This document shows positions 29,656-40,194 of a DNA stretch of 64,000 nucleotides, piece by piece. The DNA comes from Nitrospinaceae bacterium (GTDB lineage: Bacteria > Nitrospinota > Nitrospinia > Nitrospinales > Nitrospinaceae), in assembly GCA_965237905.1 (NCBI GenBank), contig OZ250172.1, positions 1,312,001-1,376,000 of the forward strand, read 5' to 3'. The notes under the pieces are model-generated. The model ran no database searches. It saw nothing but the letters and a program-made list of their open reading frames with translations, and was not told where the DNA came from. Within the stretch, counting starts at the first letter, position 1; each line of letters opens with the position of its first letter. A program made the position numbers and the translations under genes.

Positions 29656-30546
29656 TCAAAGCTCAACCACCGTTTCGTAGTGTCCTAAGTGCACTTCCAG
29701 GCCGTTCTCAAGACTCCGCGATTTTGGAACCGTAAAAGTCCCCTGTCGGGTCAGCTTCAACATACTTTTGAAATTACAGTATTTATCGTCTGGATAAACC
29801 GCGCTGGCTTTCCGAACCCGTTGTTTCATTTCCTCGCGATCATAAGATTTACTCGCCGCTCCCGTCTCATAGGTTTTTTCAGCTCCTACCGTCAGCGGGA
29901 TCAAACCCGGTTTTGCGTTTTGGTAGGTGTTGCAGTAAAAACCTCGCTTGAACAATCCGGATTGCACGGAATATTCAATCACCCGGCCCGCCGCACTCTC
30001 CGCCCCGTTACCAAAATTGGCCGGACAACAGATGATATCGGATTCCAGTTCCCGAAAATCGAACATCGGCAACACATATAAATCGGAGCAGATAAAAAAG
30101 AAAGCGGTGAAACTTTCTCCATTCACTCTCAGAGTCACTTTGTTGAGATAGGAATAGGACGCGACATTCATCTTTGGAAAAGATTCATCGAGGTGTCGCA
30201 TCTCAAAAGATTGAGGTGTGATTTTTGCCTGGGGAGAATAAATTCCGCCGTGTCGGGAAAAGATAAAAAGAGCATTATAATTTTCCTTTGGATCTGCAAA
30301 GGGCAGATCATGGCTCGGAAGGTTTAAGGTGGTGATAATGGACAACCCATGATCGCTGGCCATTTTGGAAAGTTCAGCAAGAGCTTTTTGGGAACCTTCA
30401 AGGGTATAGGCTGCGTACTCCGGGAAAATAAGAATTTCCCCTTTATGAGAAGATTTAATTTTATCCGAAATTTCATTCAGTTGATCCTCTTCAGGCGCCA
30501 TCCCAAAGGTTTTTACCTTGATATCCAACGGCATGTTGACCACCAA
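29656..30546 (-). CDS. Divergent carbon-nitrogen hydrolase (nitrilase superfamily)
   Basis: FPE, YN, AK, ICSD give an E-K-C triad in expected order; start could be 30534. Confidence 0.6.
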   Translation of the reverse strand: MVVNMPLDIKVKTFGMAPEEDQLNEISDKIKSSHKGEILIFPEYAAYTLEGSQKALAELSKMASDHGLSIITTLNLPSHDLPFADPKENYNALFIFSRHGGIYSPQAKITPQSFEMRHLDESFPKMNVASYSYLNKVTLRVNGESFTAFFFICSDLYVLPMFDFRELESDIICCPANFGNGAESAAGRVIEYSVQSGLFKRGFYCNTYQNAKPGLIPLTVGAEKTYETGAASKSYDREEMKQRVRKASAVYPDDKYCNFKSMLKLTRQGTFTVPKSRSLENGLEVHLGHYETVVEL

Positions 30547-30575
30547 TCCATGAGCCAGACTTTAAAAAGTCCCGT

Positions 30576-31628
30576 TTATTTCCCAATGTAAATCGGAATC
30601 CTTTCAACAGGGTTTGAAGTCAGCACCGAATTCACTCCAACCCTTCGATCAAGAGTTTTCATTAGCCTGAAGCAGGATTGGGCCTCATGTTCACCCATCT
30701 CCTTGATGCGTCCCAAATCCTTCCAGCGGATATCGGAATATTGGTCAATCAATTCCATCACCGCCGCAACCGCCAACGGAGCCAAAGGCTTGCCGAGGCG
30801 GCCCAATTCATGATTGATAAAACTGCCGACATAATCTTCCCGCCCCTTGTCGTTACTCAAATCATTCGTTTGCAATTTACGGGAAACTTCTTTCTCCAAT
30901 TCCTGATACCTTCGGGCATCTGTTCTTTCAGAAATCATTTGATTCAACTTGTCACGGGAACACATTTCCTTATCCGCCGCATTGAAATCCAAAGGAGCGT
31001 CCTGTTGTGTGGCTATATTCAGTGCGTCTTCCAAGACGTTATCCCCCGAAACAATCTCGACCAGACCATAATCTTTCATTTCCTGGGCCGTGACCCGGTT
31101 TCCCGTTGCCGCCATGTATCGGGCATTTTCTTTATTGGAGCGAAGCATGACATTTAAAATCCCAGCCCAGCCGGGGATCAGTCCTATGTTTACCTCTGAA
31201 AATTGTATTGCCGTATCCGGCGTGCACACACTCAACTCCGTCATTAAAGGCCACTCAACAGATCCCCCGAAGCGTTCCCCCTGCATGATAGAAACGGTTG
31301 TCTTTTTTCTGGATATATTTTTAATTTTGAAATCGAGGGTGGCCCCAAGGTTCAGATAGTCCTGCACCGCAGATGGATCGATATCCCCCTGAAACAGAGC
31401 CAGGTCCGCTCCGGCATGCACCTTGCCCGAAGCCCCGGTAAAAACAATAAAAGACAAACTGCAATCTTCCTCGAGTTCATCCAGCGCGTGAAGAATCTCC
31501 TGCAATGCCTCCAGAGGCACAATATTCACTTTACTGTCAGGATTGATAAAACTCAGCAGAATTCCGCTTTGTCCGTTATGCTCTTTTGTGGAAACGGTTA
31601 CATATTTTCCAGAAATGATTTCGGGCAT
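30576..31628 (-). CDS. Enoyl-CoA hydratase/isomerase family protein
   Basis: AGADL, GGSVEW, FSEVNIGLIPGW; ATG 31628. Confidence 0.8.
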   Translation of the reverse strand: MPEIISGKYVTVSTKEHNGQSGILLSFINPDSKVNIVPLEALQEILHALDELEEDCSLSFIVFTGASGKVHAGADLALFQGDIDPSAVQDYLNLGATLDFKIKNISRKKTTVSIMQGERFGGSVEWPLMTELSVCTPDTAIQFSEVNIGLIPGWAGILNVMLRSNKENARYMAATGNRVTAQEMKDYGLVEIVSGDNVLEDALNIATQQDAPLDFNAADKEMCSRDKLNQMISERTDARRYQELEKEVSRKLQTNDLSNDKGREDYVGSFINHELGRLGKPLAPLAVAAVMELIDQYSDIRWKDLGRIKEMGEHEAQSCFRLMKTLDRRVGVNSVLTSNPVERIPIYIGK

Positions 31629-31629
31629 T

Positions 31630-33000
31630 CTACAACCCTTTCTTTCCCCTGTATTTTTGAACTTCCATATGGGCGATGGTGTTCTCCAGAACTTCCGGAA
31701 CGGCTTCTCCAAAATAATAAAGCCAACTGTCCAGGGAATGTTTCATGGCCGGGTTTTCTTTGATAATGGCGCTGGCGCCCCAAATCTTGACCAGGTGATC
31801 GCAGGCTTGTTGCGCGGCCAACGATGCCTTCAGCTTCGCCCCATTGGAAGCAATGACATAATCCCTTAACAACTCCCGGTTATCAGGATTCGCATCGAAT
31901 TGAGTTTTCAGCCAGGCGGCATGAAAGGTCATATCTCTGGCCGCATGGATCTCCATGGACATCTCCGCCACCCGTGCCCGGGTCCGGTCCAACTCGATCA
32001 GATGCTGGTCACCCAACTTTTTTCCTTCGACTGCGACTTCTAAATACTCGTCAAACGCCCTTTGCGCCAGGCCCGTTGCCAGCGCGGCAATGGTGATTCT
32101 CCCCGAATTCAACATTCGGATAGCATAGGGCGCCCCGCAACCCAGTTTCCCCACCAGGTTTTCCTGAGCCACTTCGACATCATCCAGGATCAGTTCCCCC
32201 AGGGACGAGTTTTCGACCGTCCTTTTTTCAAACACCTGTCCAACTTTGAAACCGGGAGTCCCTTGCTCAACAAGAAACATAGAAATACCAAGATCACCTT
32301 CCGCCGGTTCCGAGGTTCGGGCGAATACCACAAACACGTCCGCCGTTTCCACATTAGTAATGAACATCTTCCCGCCGGTGATTTGGTATCTTTTTCCACC
32401 CTTCATGGGAACCGCCCGGGTGGTCATTTCCTTCATGATGTTGGAACCGGAAGCGGACCCTTCCGTAAGCGCGAATCCGGCGAGTTTTGCACCCGCGATC
32501 AATTCACGCAGAATACTTTCACCATACCCTGAAAGTTGACCGGCCTCATAATTGAAACGCAACCCTTCCATTACTGTATTGGAGATCGCATACCGAACCC
32601 CGACGCTGGGAGAGGCCTTGCCCAGGGTTTCGAGACAAGCCATAAATACGGGATAAGGGATTTCCAAACCGCCCAGTTGTTCGGAAAAGGCCATGCCGGG
32701 CAGTCCAAAATCCGCAATTTGACGATACACCTCATCCGGTATCTTTTCATTCTTCTTGGTCTGGGCGATGGCGGTTTCCAAAGCTTGTTGGTCATATTTT
32801 CCTGATTGGCTCAATTGGAACGCCAAACTTTTAAGCGAATCCTGCGCCCGCTCCATTTCCGTTTTTTTCTCGGCGGGCAGAACCTTGGCCTCCACGAGTT
32901 GGCCGAAGGTTTGGAGCATTTCCTGAAACGATTCGTGTTGGGGGTCGCCGCCATACAGCATCCGAATCTGGTGGGTTTGGCCGCTGGTGATATAACTCAT
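31630..33000 (-). CDS. Acyl-CoA dehydrogenase family protein
   Basis: FALTE..SGS, G.KMFITN, LNSGRI..A. Confidence 0.85.
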   Translation of the reverse strand: MSYITSGQTHQIRMLYGGDPQHESFQEMLQTFGQLVEAKVLPAEKKTEMERAQDSLKSLAFQLSQSGKYDQQALETAIAQTKKNEKIPDEVYRQIADFGLPGMAFSEQLGGLEIPYPVFMACLETLGKASPSVGVRYAISNTVMEGLRFNYEAGQLSGYGESILRELIAGAKLAGFALTEGSASGSNIMKEMTTRAVPMKGGKRYQITGGKMFITNVETADVFVVFARTSEPAEGDLGISMFLVEQGTPGFKVGQVFEKRTVENSSLGELILDDVEVAQENLVGKLGCGAPYAIRMLNSGRITIAALATGLAQRAFDEYLEVAVEGKKLGDQHLIELDRTRARVAEMSMEIHAARDMTFHAAWLKTQFDANPDNRELLRDYVIASNGAKLKASLAAQQACDHLVKIWGASAIIKENPAMKHSLDSWLYYFGEAVPEVLENTIAHMEVQKYRGKKGL

Positions 33001-33012
33001 TCTTTCACCTCT

Positions 33013-33912
33013 TCACCGTTTCAAATATTTCAACAACTGGTTGTTGACTTCCTGGGTTTGGTTATCCATCCACAGGTAGAATCCGGCCCCCGTTTTATTG
33101 CCCAACAGCCCGGCGTCCACCATTCGGGTCAATAAAGATGCCGGTTTGAACCGCTCTCCCAGCTCGCTTTCCAGAACGGAAAGAATATGATGGGTCGTAT
33201 CGTTTCCTATGACATCCGATAAAGCCAAGGGCCCCAGGGGATGATTCAAACAGTATTTCGCGCCGTTATCCACATCCTCGACGGTGGAAGTTCCCTCTTC
33301 CACTACATGAATCGCTTCATTGATTAAAGGCATGAGGATTCGGTTAATGACAAACCCGGCCTTGTCCGAGGAATACACCGGTCGTTTGGAAAGTTGTTCC
33401 GCCAATTGTTTGGTTTTTTGATACGTTTTTTCCGAAGTCCTCAATCCTTTGATGATTTCAACCCCCGGCATCAGGGGGACGGGATTCATGAAATGCATGC
33501 CGATGACATTCTCCGGATGACGGGTGACGGAAGCCAGCTCGGTAATCGGGATAGAAGACGTGTTGGAGGCCAATACCGCGGAGGCACCGCACAACTGATC
33601 CAGTTTTAGAAAGAGGGCCTTTTTCGGCTCGCGTTCCTCAGTGATGGCTTCCACGATAAAAAACGAATCCGCCACTCCATCCAAATCATTGGCAACGGAA
33701 ATTTTTTCACCCGCGCTCTCGGCAAGATCCTTTTCAAGCTCTCCCTTTTCGACGAGTTTCTGTAAATGCCTTTTGATGATTTCCAATCCCTTTTCCGCCG
33801 CGCCCTCAACGCTATCATGCAAAACCACCTGGAAACCCGCCTGAGCCGCCACCTGTGCGATACCCCGGCCCATGGTTCCGGTGCCGACCACTGCGATTTT
33901 CTGATCGTCCAT
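33013..33912 (-). CDS. hbd: 3-hydroxybutyryl/3-hydroxyacyl-CoA dehydrogenase
   Basis: GTGTMGRGIAQ, SNTSSIPIT, GMHFMNPVP, GFVINRIL.P.INEA. Confidence 0.9.
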   Translation of the reverse strand: MDDQKIAVVGTGTMGRGIAQVAAQAGFQVVLHDSVEGAAEKGLEIIKRHLQKLVEKGELEKDLAESAGEKISVANDLDGVADSFFIVEAITEEREPKKALFLKLDQLCGASAVLASNTSSIPITELASVTRHPENVIGMHFMNPVPLMPGVEIIKGLRTSEKTYQKTKQLAEQLSKRPVYSSDKAGFVINRILMPLINEAIHVVEEGTSTVEDVDNGAKYCLNHPLGPLALSDVIGNDTTHHILSVLESELGERFKPASLLTRMVDAGLLGNKTGAGFYLWMDNQTQEVNNQLLKYLKR

Positions 33913-33926
33913 GCTCAAGTTCCTCT

Positions 33927-34526
33927 TTAAATCTGGTAATGCTTGCTGGGAATATATCCTTCCGGCAAATCCCGGGCTGGGGTGCCTTTTCGTACCCACA
34001 TAACATCGCTGGCGGAGGCCCGGGGCGCTTGCCGGAACACCGGCCTCAATTCATCCCCCTTGACCAATGTGTTGTAATCTTCGAGGCTCACCATGCCGGC
34101 AGTCAACGTGTCCAACGCGGTTCCTTCGGGGAGGACGGCCTGGACCCAGGCGACCGTCACCGGTAGTTGATCCATAAAACTGATGCCTGCCAGATTCACC
34201 GCCGTCGATTTGGTTTCCACCGTGAACCGGGTTTCGTCCGGCAAGGTTTCCCATGAGGTTTTCTCATAGCACTCCGGACAATCCATCCGCGGCACCTGAA
34301 ACCGAAGCACCCGTGGCTCGTCATGTCCGTCCTGGTTGGAGCATACCGTATAGCGCAACACGGCATTTTCTTTTTCCATGATACCTTGGAAATAGGCAGA
34401 CATGCCGCCATAACTTTTTTTATATCGAATGGTCGCCTCTCGCTCGACCACCACCAAATGTTCGGGGTGGCGCGATGGCTTGTAACTTTTATCTTCGGGA
34501 TTCAAAAACGTGTCTTTGACTGGCAT
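33927..34526 (-). CDS. DUF35-type Zn-ribbon/OB-fold thiolase partner
   Basis: SYG..S.YF.G, C..PR..CPEC...W pattern, C-terminal PVF; immediately downstream of thiolase-domain gene. Confidence 0.7.
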   Translation of the reverse strand: MPVKDTFLNPEDKSYKPSRHPEHLVVVEREATIRYKKSYGGMSAYFQGIMEKENAVLRYTVCSNQDGHDEPRVLRFQVPRMDCPECYEKTSWETLPDETRFTVETKSTAVNLAGISFMDQLPVTVAWVQAVLPEGTALDTLTAGMVSLEDYNTLVKGDELRPVFRQAPRASASDVMWVRKGTPARDLPEGYIPSKHYQI

Positions 34527-34528
34527 CG

Positions 34529-35944
34529 TTACCACCCTTTCTCTACTGTGGTCACCGTAATGTCGCTTCCCGTTCCGGCGTGACTGTGAAACAGCGCTTT
34601 TTCCACCTTAGGTATTTGCAGTTCCGGGTGACCGTATTTTTCCTCAATCATTCCCTTCATTTGCCAGATCACATCCACCGCTTGCGTATTGCCGGTGGCG
34701 CCGACGGCATGCATCTGGCCGATCAATCCTCCGGATGGATTCACGTACACTCCGTTTGCTCCGCCGATTTTGGGATTGATCGGAACCTGCCCCTGCTTAT
34801 CTAACGGCAGGGCGGTAAACAGAGAGCTGGCATGCCCGTAGGGAATCATACCCAAATCCTCCATCGTTTGAATGACGCTGATGACAAACGCATCGTGAAT
34901 TTCGATGAGATCAAAATATTCCAGAGGATTTCCCGTGATGCCGGCCATTGCGTAAGCTTTCTTGGCCGCCCAGCGTCCCGCCCGGAAGGAATGCAAGCCT
35001 GGATATTCGAGAGTTTTGTAATGTTTCACCAGTTCAGGGTCCGCCAACTCATGCGGTAACAACAGATCTTCTTTGATCAGGCCTCCGATCGTTCGGGGAC
35101 GCTCCCCCGTACGCATGGTATCGGTGCCGTTACCCACACCCGTCACCACAATCGGCTGGTCGGTAAATTCCCTGGCTAAATCTTCCGAAGCCACGATCAC
35201 GGCGGAGGCGCCGTCGGTCATAAGACAGCAATCCAACCGGTAGGAGGGCGTCGCCACGATGCCTGATTTGGAAACGTCGTCTACTCCGATGAATCCGCTG
35301 GTGGTGGGGGTGGCATAAGGGTTTTGGTGACAGGTTTGGGCCCGGCGGTTGTATTGCGCATTGTTGCGCATGAGGACGGCGATTTTGTCGAAAGCATCGC
35401 GCAAATCCTCCGCGGAAACGGTATGGCCGATAAAGGTATCCATATAGGCCTGGGCCATCGCCGCATAATAAAGAGGATAAAAACCCCCTTGTGGAAGATC
35501 GGTTACCGTGCAGGACGCATGCGCGATAAATTCATTACCCTGGAAGGTGTCAACTTCGGACATCTTTTCGTAGCCCACCGCTAAAGCGATATCCTGTCTG
35601 CCGGAAGCCACTTTTTCAATAGCCGACTGCACTCCCAACCCGCCAGTACAGCCGCCGCCCACCACGCGATAGGATTCCACTGGGTTCAATCCGATATAAT
35701 CCCGCGCCAACGCTTCGCCCAGCAATTGACCGGCGAAATGATCTGCGAAATGGGTGATGATGACGGCACCCTTTTCCTTCATCAATGCGCGGAACTCTTT
35801 GGGTTTGAGGCCGATCCCGGCCACCGCCTCTTTGGTGGCCTGCATCGCCATCTCATAGAACATCAGGTCTGGGTTGGCTTTGGCGAAATAGTCCACCTTG
35901 CCACCGGACAGCAACACCACTTTTCTTTCCAGCTTGCCAGCCAT
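34529..35944 (-). CDS. SCP2-type/archaeal-like thiolase-domain protein
   Basis: GYEKMS, DCC..TDGA, EIHDAF, NPSGGLIG..HAVGATG, HSHAGTG; ATG 35944 after GGAGG. Confidence 0.85.
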   Translation of the reverse strand: MAGKLERKVVLLSGGKVDYFAKANPDLMFYEMAMQATKEAVAGIGLKPKEFRALMKEKGAVIITHFADHFAGQLLGEALARDYIGLNPVESYRVVGGGCTGGLGVQSAIEKVASGRQDIALAVGYEKMSEVDTFQGNEFIAHASCTVTDLPQGGFYPLYYAAMAQAYMDTFIGHTVSAEDLRDAFDKIAVLMRNNAQYNRRAQTCHQNPYATPTTSGFIGVDDVSKSGIVATPSYRLDCCLMTDGASAVIVASEDLAREFTDQPIVVTGVGNGTDTMRTGERPRTIGGLIKEDLLLPHELADPELVKHYKTLEYPGLHSFRAGRWAAKKAYAMAGITGNPLEYFDLIEIHDAFVISVIQTMEDLGMIPYGHASSLFTALPLDKQGQVPINPKIGGANGVYVNPSGGLIGQMHAVGATGNTQAVDVIWQMKGMIEEKYGHPELQIPKVEKALFHSHAGTGSDITVTTVEKGW

Positions 35945-36382
35945 TGCAGGCCTCCAATCGTTCATCCACGGACTTGAGGGGATGAGGAATTTCTGGCATT
36001 GAATCGTATACGCGATCGAGCCATCGGGACATGTTCCTACTATTATTTTAACGGCTTTTAGGAAGGATGCGACCTCTTTCGTCTCTATACAGTTAAAGAA
36101 TCCAATGCCCTGAAGTGGAAAATGGAAAAGATAACTGGTATGAGAGGATCATCCCAAAAAACTCCTGCGCTGGAATCACCTATTTTCTAAGGGATTCAGG
36201 GCTTCCACCCCTCCGGCCACCTCCAATCTATTAAGATATTGTAATTTTTGGCCTTATAATAAGTATTAAGACGAACCTTGATCTATTTCGTCAACATCTA
36301 CTAATATATAAACAGAAGGTCTTTTGGCGCCCCTTGGAGCGCCTGGATTCCTTATAAATCTTCTACTCCGGGGGTTAGAACT

Positions 36383-37513
36383 ATGGACAATCCTTCGGTC
36401 CTTGGAATTCAAAAAGTTTATTCGGTGGAGTTTGTAGTCGATTATTTCGACCGGAGCCGCAATTTTTATATCAACAACATGGGTTTTCAGGAAACCCACA
36501 GCTCCACCTCCGCCTGGGAGGACCGGTTTAAAACCAAGGCTCTCTATTTTTCCGCAAACGATATCAAGATCATGGTTGCGGCCCCCCTTTCCCATCACAG
36601 CTATACCGCGCAGTATTTGAAAATTCTGTGTCCGGGGATACGGAAGGTTACTTTTCTGGTAGAAAACCTGGACCACGCCATCGAATATTTAAAAAATCAT
36701 CACGCGACCTTTATTCACGACGTATTGGAGATCGAATCTTCTCATTCCCGGCACCGGTTCATCACTATAGCCACGCCTATAGGATTCCTCGAATTCACGT
36801 TTTTGGAAATTGAGGGGGATGAACAAGATATCCCCATGTTCGATCACATTCCGTCGGATAAGGCCCAAGAGGTGATCTACCAGAATATTGATCACATGAC
36901 GATTAATGCCAGAACCATATTCCCCATTTGTCATTTTCTCGATCACGTCATGGATTTTAAAAAGTTCTGGAACGTTTCCTTTCATACGCCGGACTACCAA
37001 TCCGGTAAGAAAGGGACCGGACTGTCTTCACAGGTGATGTACGATCCGGCATCGATGGCTAAGTTTGCCACCAATGAACCTCTGTATCCCCATTTCAACG
37101 ACTCCCAAATCCAGACTTTTGTAGAAAGAAATCATGGCGCCGGGATCCAGCACCTCGCCCTTTCGGTGGATCATCTGGTCGACACCATTGAAACCCTGAG
37201 ATCAAGGGGAGTCGAATTTCTCACCACTCCCGATAAGTATTACGACCTTTTGCCGGAACGCCTGGCGAAGCAGAAGATTACGAATTTCAAGGAAGACATC
37301 GCGGATCTCAAGAAACAGGGGATTCTGGTGGATGGAGAGGCTGGAAAATATCTTCTCCAGATCTTTTTAAAGGATGCCTCCGTGCTCTACCAGGAAGAAC
37401 ACGCCGGGCCGTTTTTCTATGAAATCATCCAGCGATGCGGTCATCCCGGTTTTGGAGAAGGAAACTTTCGGGCTTTGTTTGAAGCGATTGAATTACAGGA
37501 ATCCTCCCAATGA
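36383..37513 (+). CDS. hppD: 4-hydroxyphenylpyruvate dioxygenase
   Basis: IDH, SQIQTF..H.GAGIQHLAL, YLLQIF, FFYEIIQR, GFGEGNFRALFEAIE. Confidence 0.93.
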   Translation: MDNPSVLGIQKVYSVEFVVDYFDRSRNFYINNMGFQETHSSTSAWEDRFKTKALYFSANDIKIMVAAPLSHHSYTAQYLKILCPGIRKVTFLVENLDHAIEYLKNHHATFIHDVLEIESSHSRHRFITIATPIGFLEFTFLEIEGDEQDIPMFDHIPSDKAQEVIYQNIDHMTINARTIFPICHFLDHVMDFKKFWNVSFHTPDYQSGKKGTGLSSQVMYDPASMAKFATNEPLYPHFNDSQIQTFVERNHGAGIQHLALSVDHLVDTIETLRSRGVEFLTTPDKYYDLLPERLAKQKITNFKEDIADLKKQGILVDGEAGKYLLQIFLKDASVLYQEEHAGPFFYEIIQRCGHPGFGEGNFRALFEAIELQESSQ

Positions 37514-38358
37514 AATTGTTAAGATACTCCAAGGGTTCAGAACAAGGACACGGGATTCTGTCAGGACACGAAATTTTTCCTCTCATTCACATGACCACCA
37601 CCGATGCCCTGAACCACCTTCGAGAAGGCGACGCGCAGTGGCGGAAAGTCATGAAACAAACCCCATTAGACCTTTCGGAGGTGACCCTATTACCGCCGGT
37701 GGAGCACCCGGGTGCGTTTTTGGATTTCTATACCTTCGAAGAACATGTTCGCACTGCCCGGAAAAAACGCGGACTGGACATGGTTCCCGAGTGGTATGAA
37801 TACCCGGCTTGGTACAATGGATCGTCGCGTTGCTTCAGCGGCGACGGAACCACCGTCCATTTCCCTGCGAATGAAAACAAAAAAGATTATGAACTGGAGC
37901 TGGGGATTGTGATCAAGAAACCCTGTCACGGGGTAACGCCTGGAGAAGCCGGCGAGTATATCGGCGCATATACCATTGTGAACGATTTCAGCGCCCGCGA
38001 AATCCAGGGAAAGATCATGAAAATAGGCCTGGGTCCTGCCAAGGCCAAAGACTTTAACACCGGGCTGGGACCCTGGATGGTCACGCCGGATGAAATCGGC
38101 AACCCGCGCAACCTGAAAATGACCGCGCATGTGAACGGGACGTTATGGTCGGAGGGCAACAGTGGTGCCTCCCATTTCACCTTCGAGCAGATGATCGCCT
38201 TCGCTTCACAAGACCAAACACTGCACGCCGGGGATGTCCTGGCCAGCGGCACGGTGGGAACGGGATGCGGATTGGAACTGGACCGGTTTCTTCAATCGGG
38301 TGACAAGGTGGAACTGGAAATCGAAAACATCGGCAAACTGACACATTGGATAGGTTAA
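37510..38358 (+). CDS. fahA: Fumarylacetoacetate hydrolase family protein
   Basis: DFY.FEEH, DYELE, NDFSAR.IQ, AKDF, GSGTVG-like motif. Confidence 0.88.
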   Translation: MKLLRYSKGSEQGHGILSGHEIFPLIHMTTTDALNHLREGDAQWRKVMKQTPLDLSEVTLLPPVEHPGAFLDFYTFEEHVRTARKKRGLDMVPEWYEYPAWYNGSSRCFSGDGTTVHFPANENKKDYELELGIVIKKPCHGVTPGEAGEYIGAYTIVNDFSAREIQGKIMKIGLGPAKAKDFNTGLGPWMVTPDEIGNPRNLKMTAHVNGTLWSEGNSGASHFTFEQMIAFASQDQTLHAGDVLASGTVGTGCGLELDRFLQSGDKVELEIENIGKLTHWIG

Positions 38359-38362
38359 AACC

Positions 38363-39532
38363 ATGTTCAAATACTTAAAGTTCGGTAACGTAGCCCCGAT
38401 GCACCATACCGCCCATTATGTGGACGGCCGTTTGCTGAACGAATACTGTTTTACCCGCGAAGGCTTTGAAGAACCCTACTCGATCCTGTATCTGGTTCAT
38501 CCTCCCACCGGCGAATCCGAACAGGAGGTGTACCGGGAAGCGGCCTGGGGAATCCCTCAAAAAAGGGAATTGGCGGTATTGCAACGCCGTCACTTTCGCA
38601 CCCGGCGGATGGAACCCGAGGGCCATTTTATTTCAGGCCGAACGCTTCTCACTTTCAACGACGACCTGACCTATGGCATCTGTCACCCGCAAAAAGAAGA
38701 GGCTGCTTTTTTCGCCAACAACGATGCCGACGAACTGTTTTTCCTGGCCGAGGGCACTGTTCGGTTCCAATCCCTTTTCGGCAAAATGACCTTGACGGCC
38801 GGGGACTACTTGATCATCCCCCGGTCCTGTCCCTATCGGTTCAGCTTCGACGCACCGCCGCGTCTGCTGGTTGTGGAAGCGAAAAACAATATTTCCATTC
38901 CAGATGTCTATGTCCACAAGGAGGGCCAGCTCAAGATGGACGCGCCTTATTCCGAGCGCAGTTTTCAAGTGCCTGAATGGGATGCTTCCTTATTTGAGAG
39001 CGACGAGCCGGTTTCCATCATTCGAAAACGCCAAGGCATTTTTACACACACCCGCTACCCCGAAAATTTTTTCCAAATGGCCGGGTGGGATGGTTATGTC
39101 TATCCTTATGCCCTCAATATCAAGAATATCCAGCCCAAAACCGGGCGGGTACACCTGCCCCCAGTTTCGCACATGACCTTTATGGGTCAAGGCTTCGCCG
39201 TGATGAGTTTTCTGCCTCGGGTTTTGGACTTTGACGAAAAAGCGGTTCCTTGTCCTTTTTATCATTCTTCAGTAGATTGCGATGAGCTGTTGTTTTACCA
39301 CTCCGGCGATTTCACCAGTAGGAAAACCATTGAACCGGGATCGATCAGCTTTCATCCGTCCGGCATTCCACACGGACCGCACCCCGGCGCATACCAAAAT
39401 TCCATCGGACTTAAACGGACTGACGAACAGGCCGTGATGGTCGATACCTTTTCACCCCTCTATTTGACTGCAAACAGCGAAGCCCTGGAGGATCCCGATT
39501 ATCCAAAAAGCTGGCAGGAGAACCCATCATGA
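38363..39532 (+). CDS. hmgA: Homogentisate 1,2-dioxygenase
   Basis: N.DADE, GWDG, HLPP.SH, PFYHS.VDCDE, HPSGIPHGPHPG, AVMVDT. Confidence 0.92.
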   Translation: MFKYLKFGNVAPMHHTAHYVDGRLLNEYCFTREGFEEPYSILYLVHPPTGESEQEVYREAAWGIPQKRELAVLQRRHFRTRRMEPEGHFISGRTLLTFNDDLTYGICHPQKEEAAFFANNDADELFFLAEGTVRFQSLFGKMTLTAGDYLIIPRSCPYRFSFDAPPRLLVVEAKNNISIPDVYVHKEGQLKMDAPYSERSFQVPEWDASLFESDEPVSIIRKRQGIFTHTRYPENFFQMAGWDGYVYPYALNIKNIQPKTGRVHLPPVSHMTFMGQGFAVMSFLPRVLDFDEKAVPCPFYHSSVDCDELLFYHSGDFTSRKTIEPGSISFHPSGIPHGPHPGAYQNSIGLKRTDEQAVMVDTFSPLYLTANSEALEDPDYPKSWQENPS

Positions 39533-40173
39533 ACCGTCACACCGAATTTTCAGGAATTCAACTGAAAGACCATTTCTGGGTTGAAATTTATCATCTTATG
39601 AATTCAATCGTTCAGCCGCGCCCCATTGCGTGGATTTCCAGCATTTCTTCCGGTGGCGTCGTAAACCTGGCGCCGTTCAGTTATTTCAATATCTGTTCGA
39701 TGAATCCGCCTATCATTTCGAATTCCATTTTTTTTAATCGCGACGGCTCCGAAAAGGACACACTGAAAAATATCAAAGCCACCAAAAAATACGTGGTGGG
39801 CACTGTTTCATTTAAAGCGGCTGAAAAAGCAAATATCTCCTCCGCTCCATTCGATGCCAGTGTAAACGAGTTTGAGGAAGCGAAAGTACACTCCATTGAC
39901 CGGGGCTCCGGGGAGCCTCCCTTCATTTCAGAAAGTCCGGTGCAACTGGTGTGCGAACTGAACCAAACCCTTCCTCTGGGAGAAGGCGCAGGGGTGGGCA
40001 CGCTGGTACTGGGAAACGTGAAGGAAATTTATCTGTCCAGCGAGTTGAAGGATTGTGAGTGGCAAAAAGGCATTCCGCCGGAAGTCATGAACAACGTGGG
40101 CCGGATGGGGGGGGATTTTTACGCAAAAACCGCGGACGTGTTTCAATTGGCGCGCGCCACCGTCAATAAATAA
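39529..40173 (+). CDS. Flavin reductase family (DIM6/NTAB-like) protein
   Basis: PRPIAWISS, NLAPFSYFN, KDTL.NI, GRMGG..Y. Confidence 0.88.
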   Translation: MNRHTEFSGIQLKDHFWVEIYHLMNSIVQPRPIAWISSISSGGVVNLAPFSYFNICSMNPPIISNSIFFNRDGSEKDTLKNIKATKKYVVGTVSFKAAEKANISSAPFDASVNEFEEAKVHSIDRGSGEPPFISESPVQLVCELNQTLPLGEGAGVGTLVLGNVKEIYLSSELKDCEWQKGIPPEVMNNVGRMGGDFYAKTADVFQLARATVNK

Positions 40174-40194
40174 TCCACCTAGAAGGACGTTACC

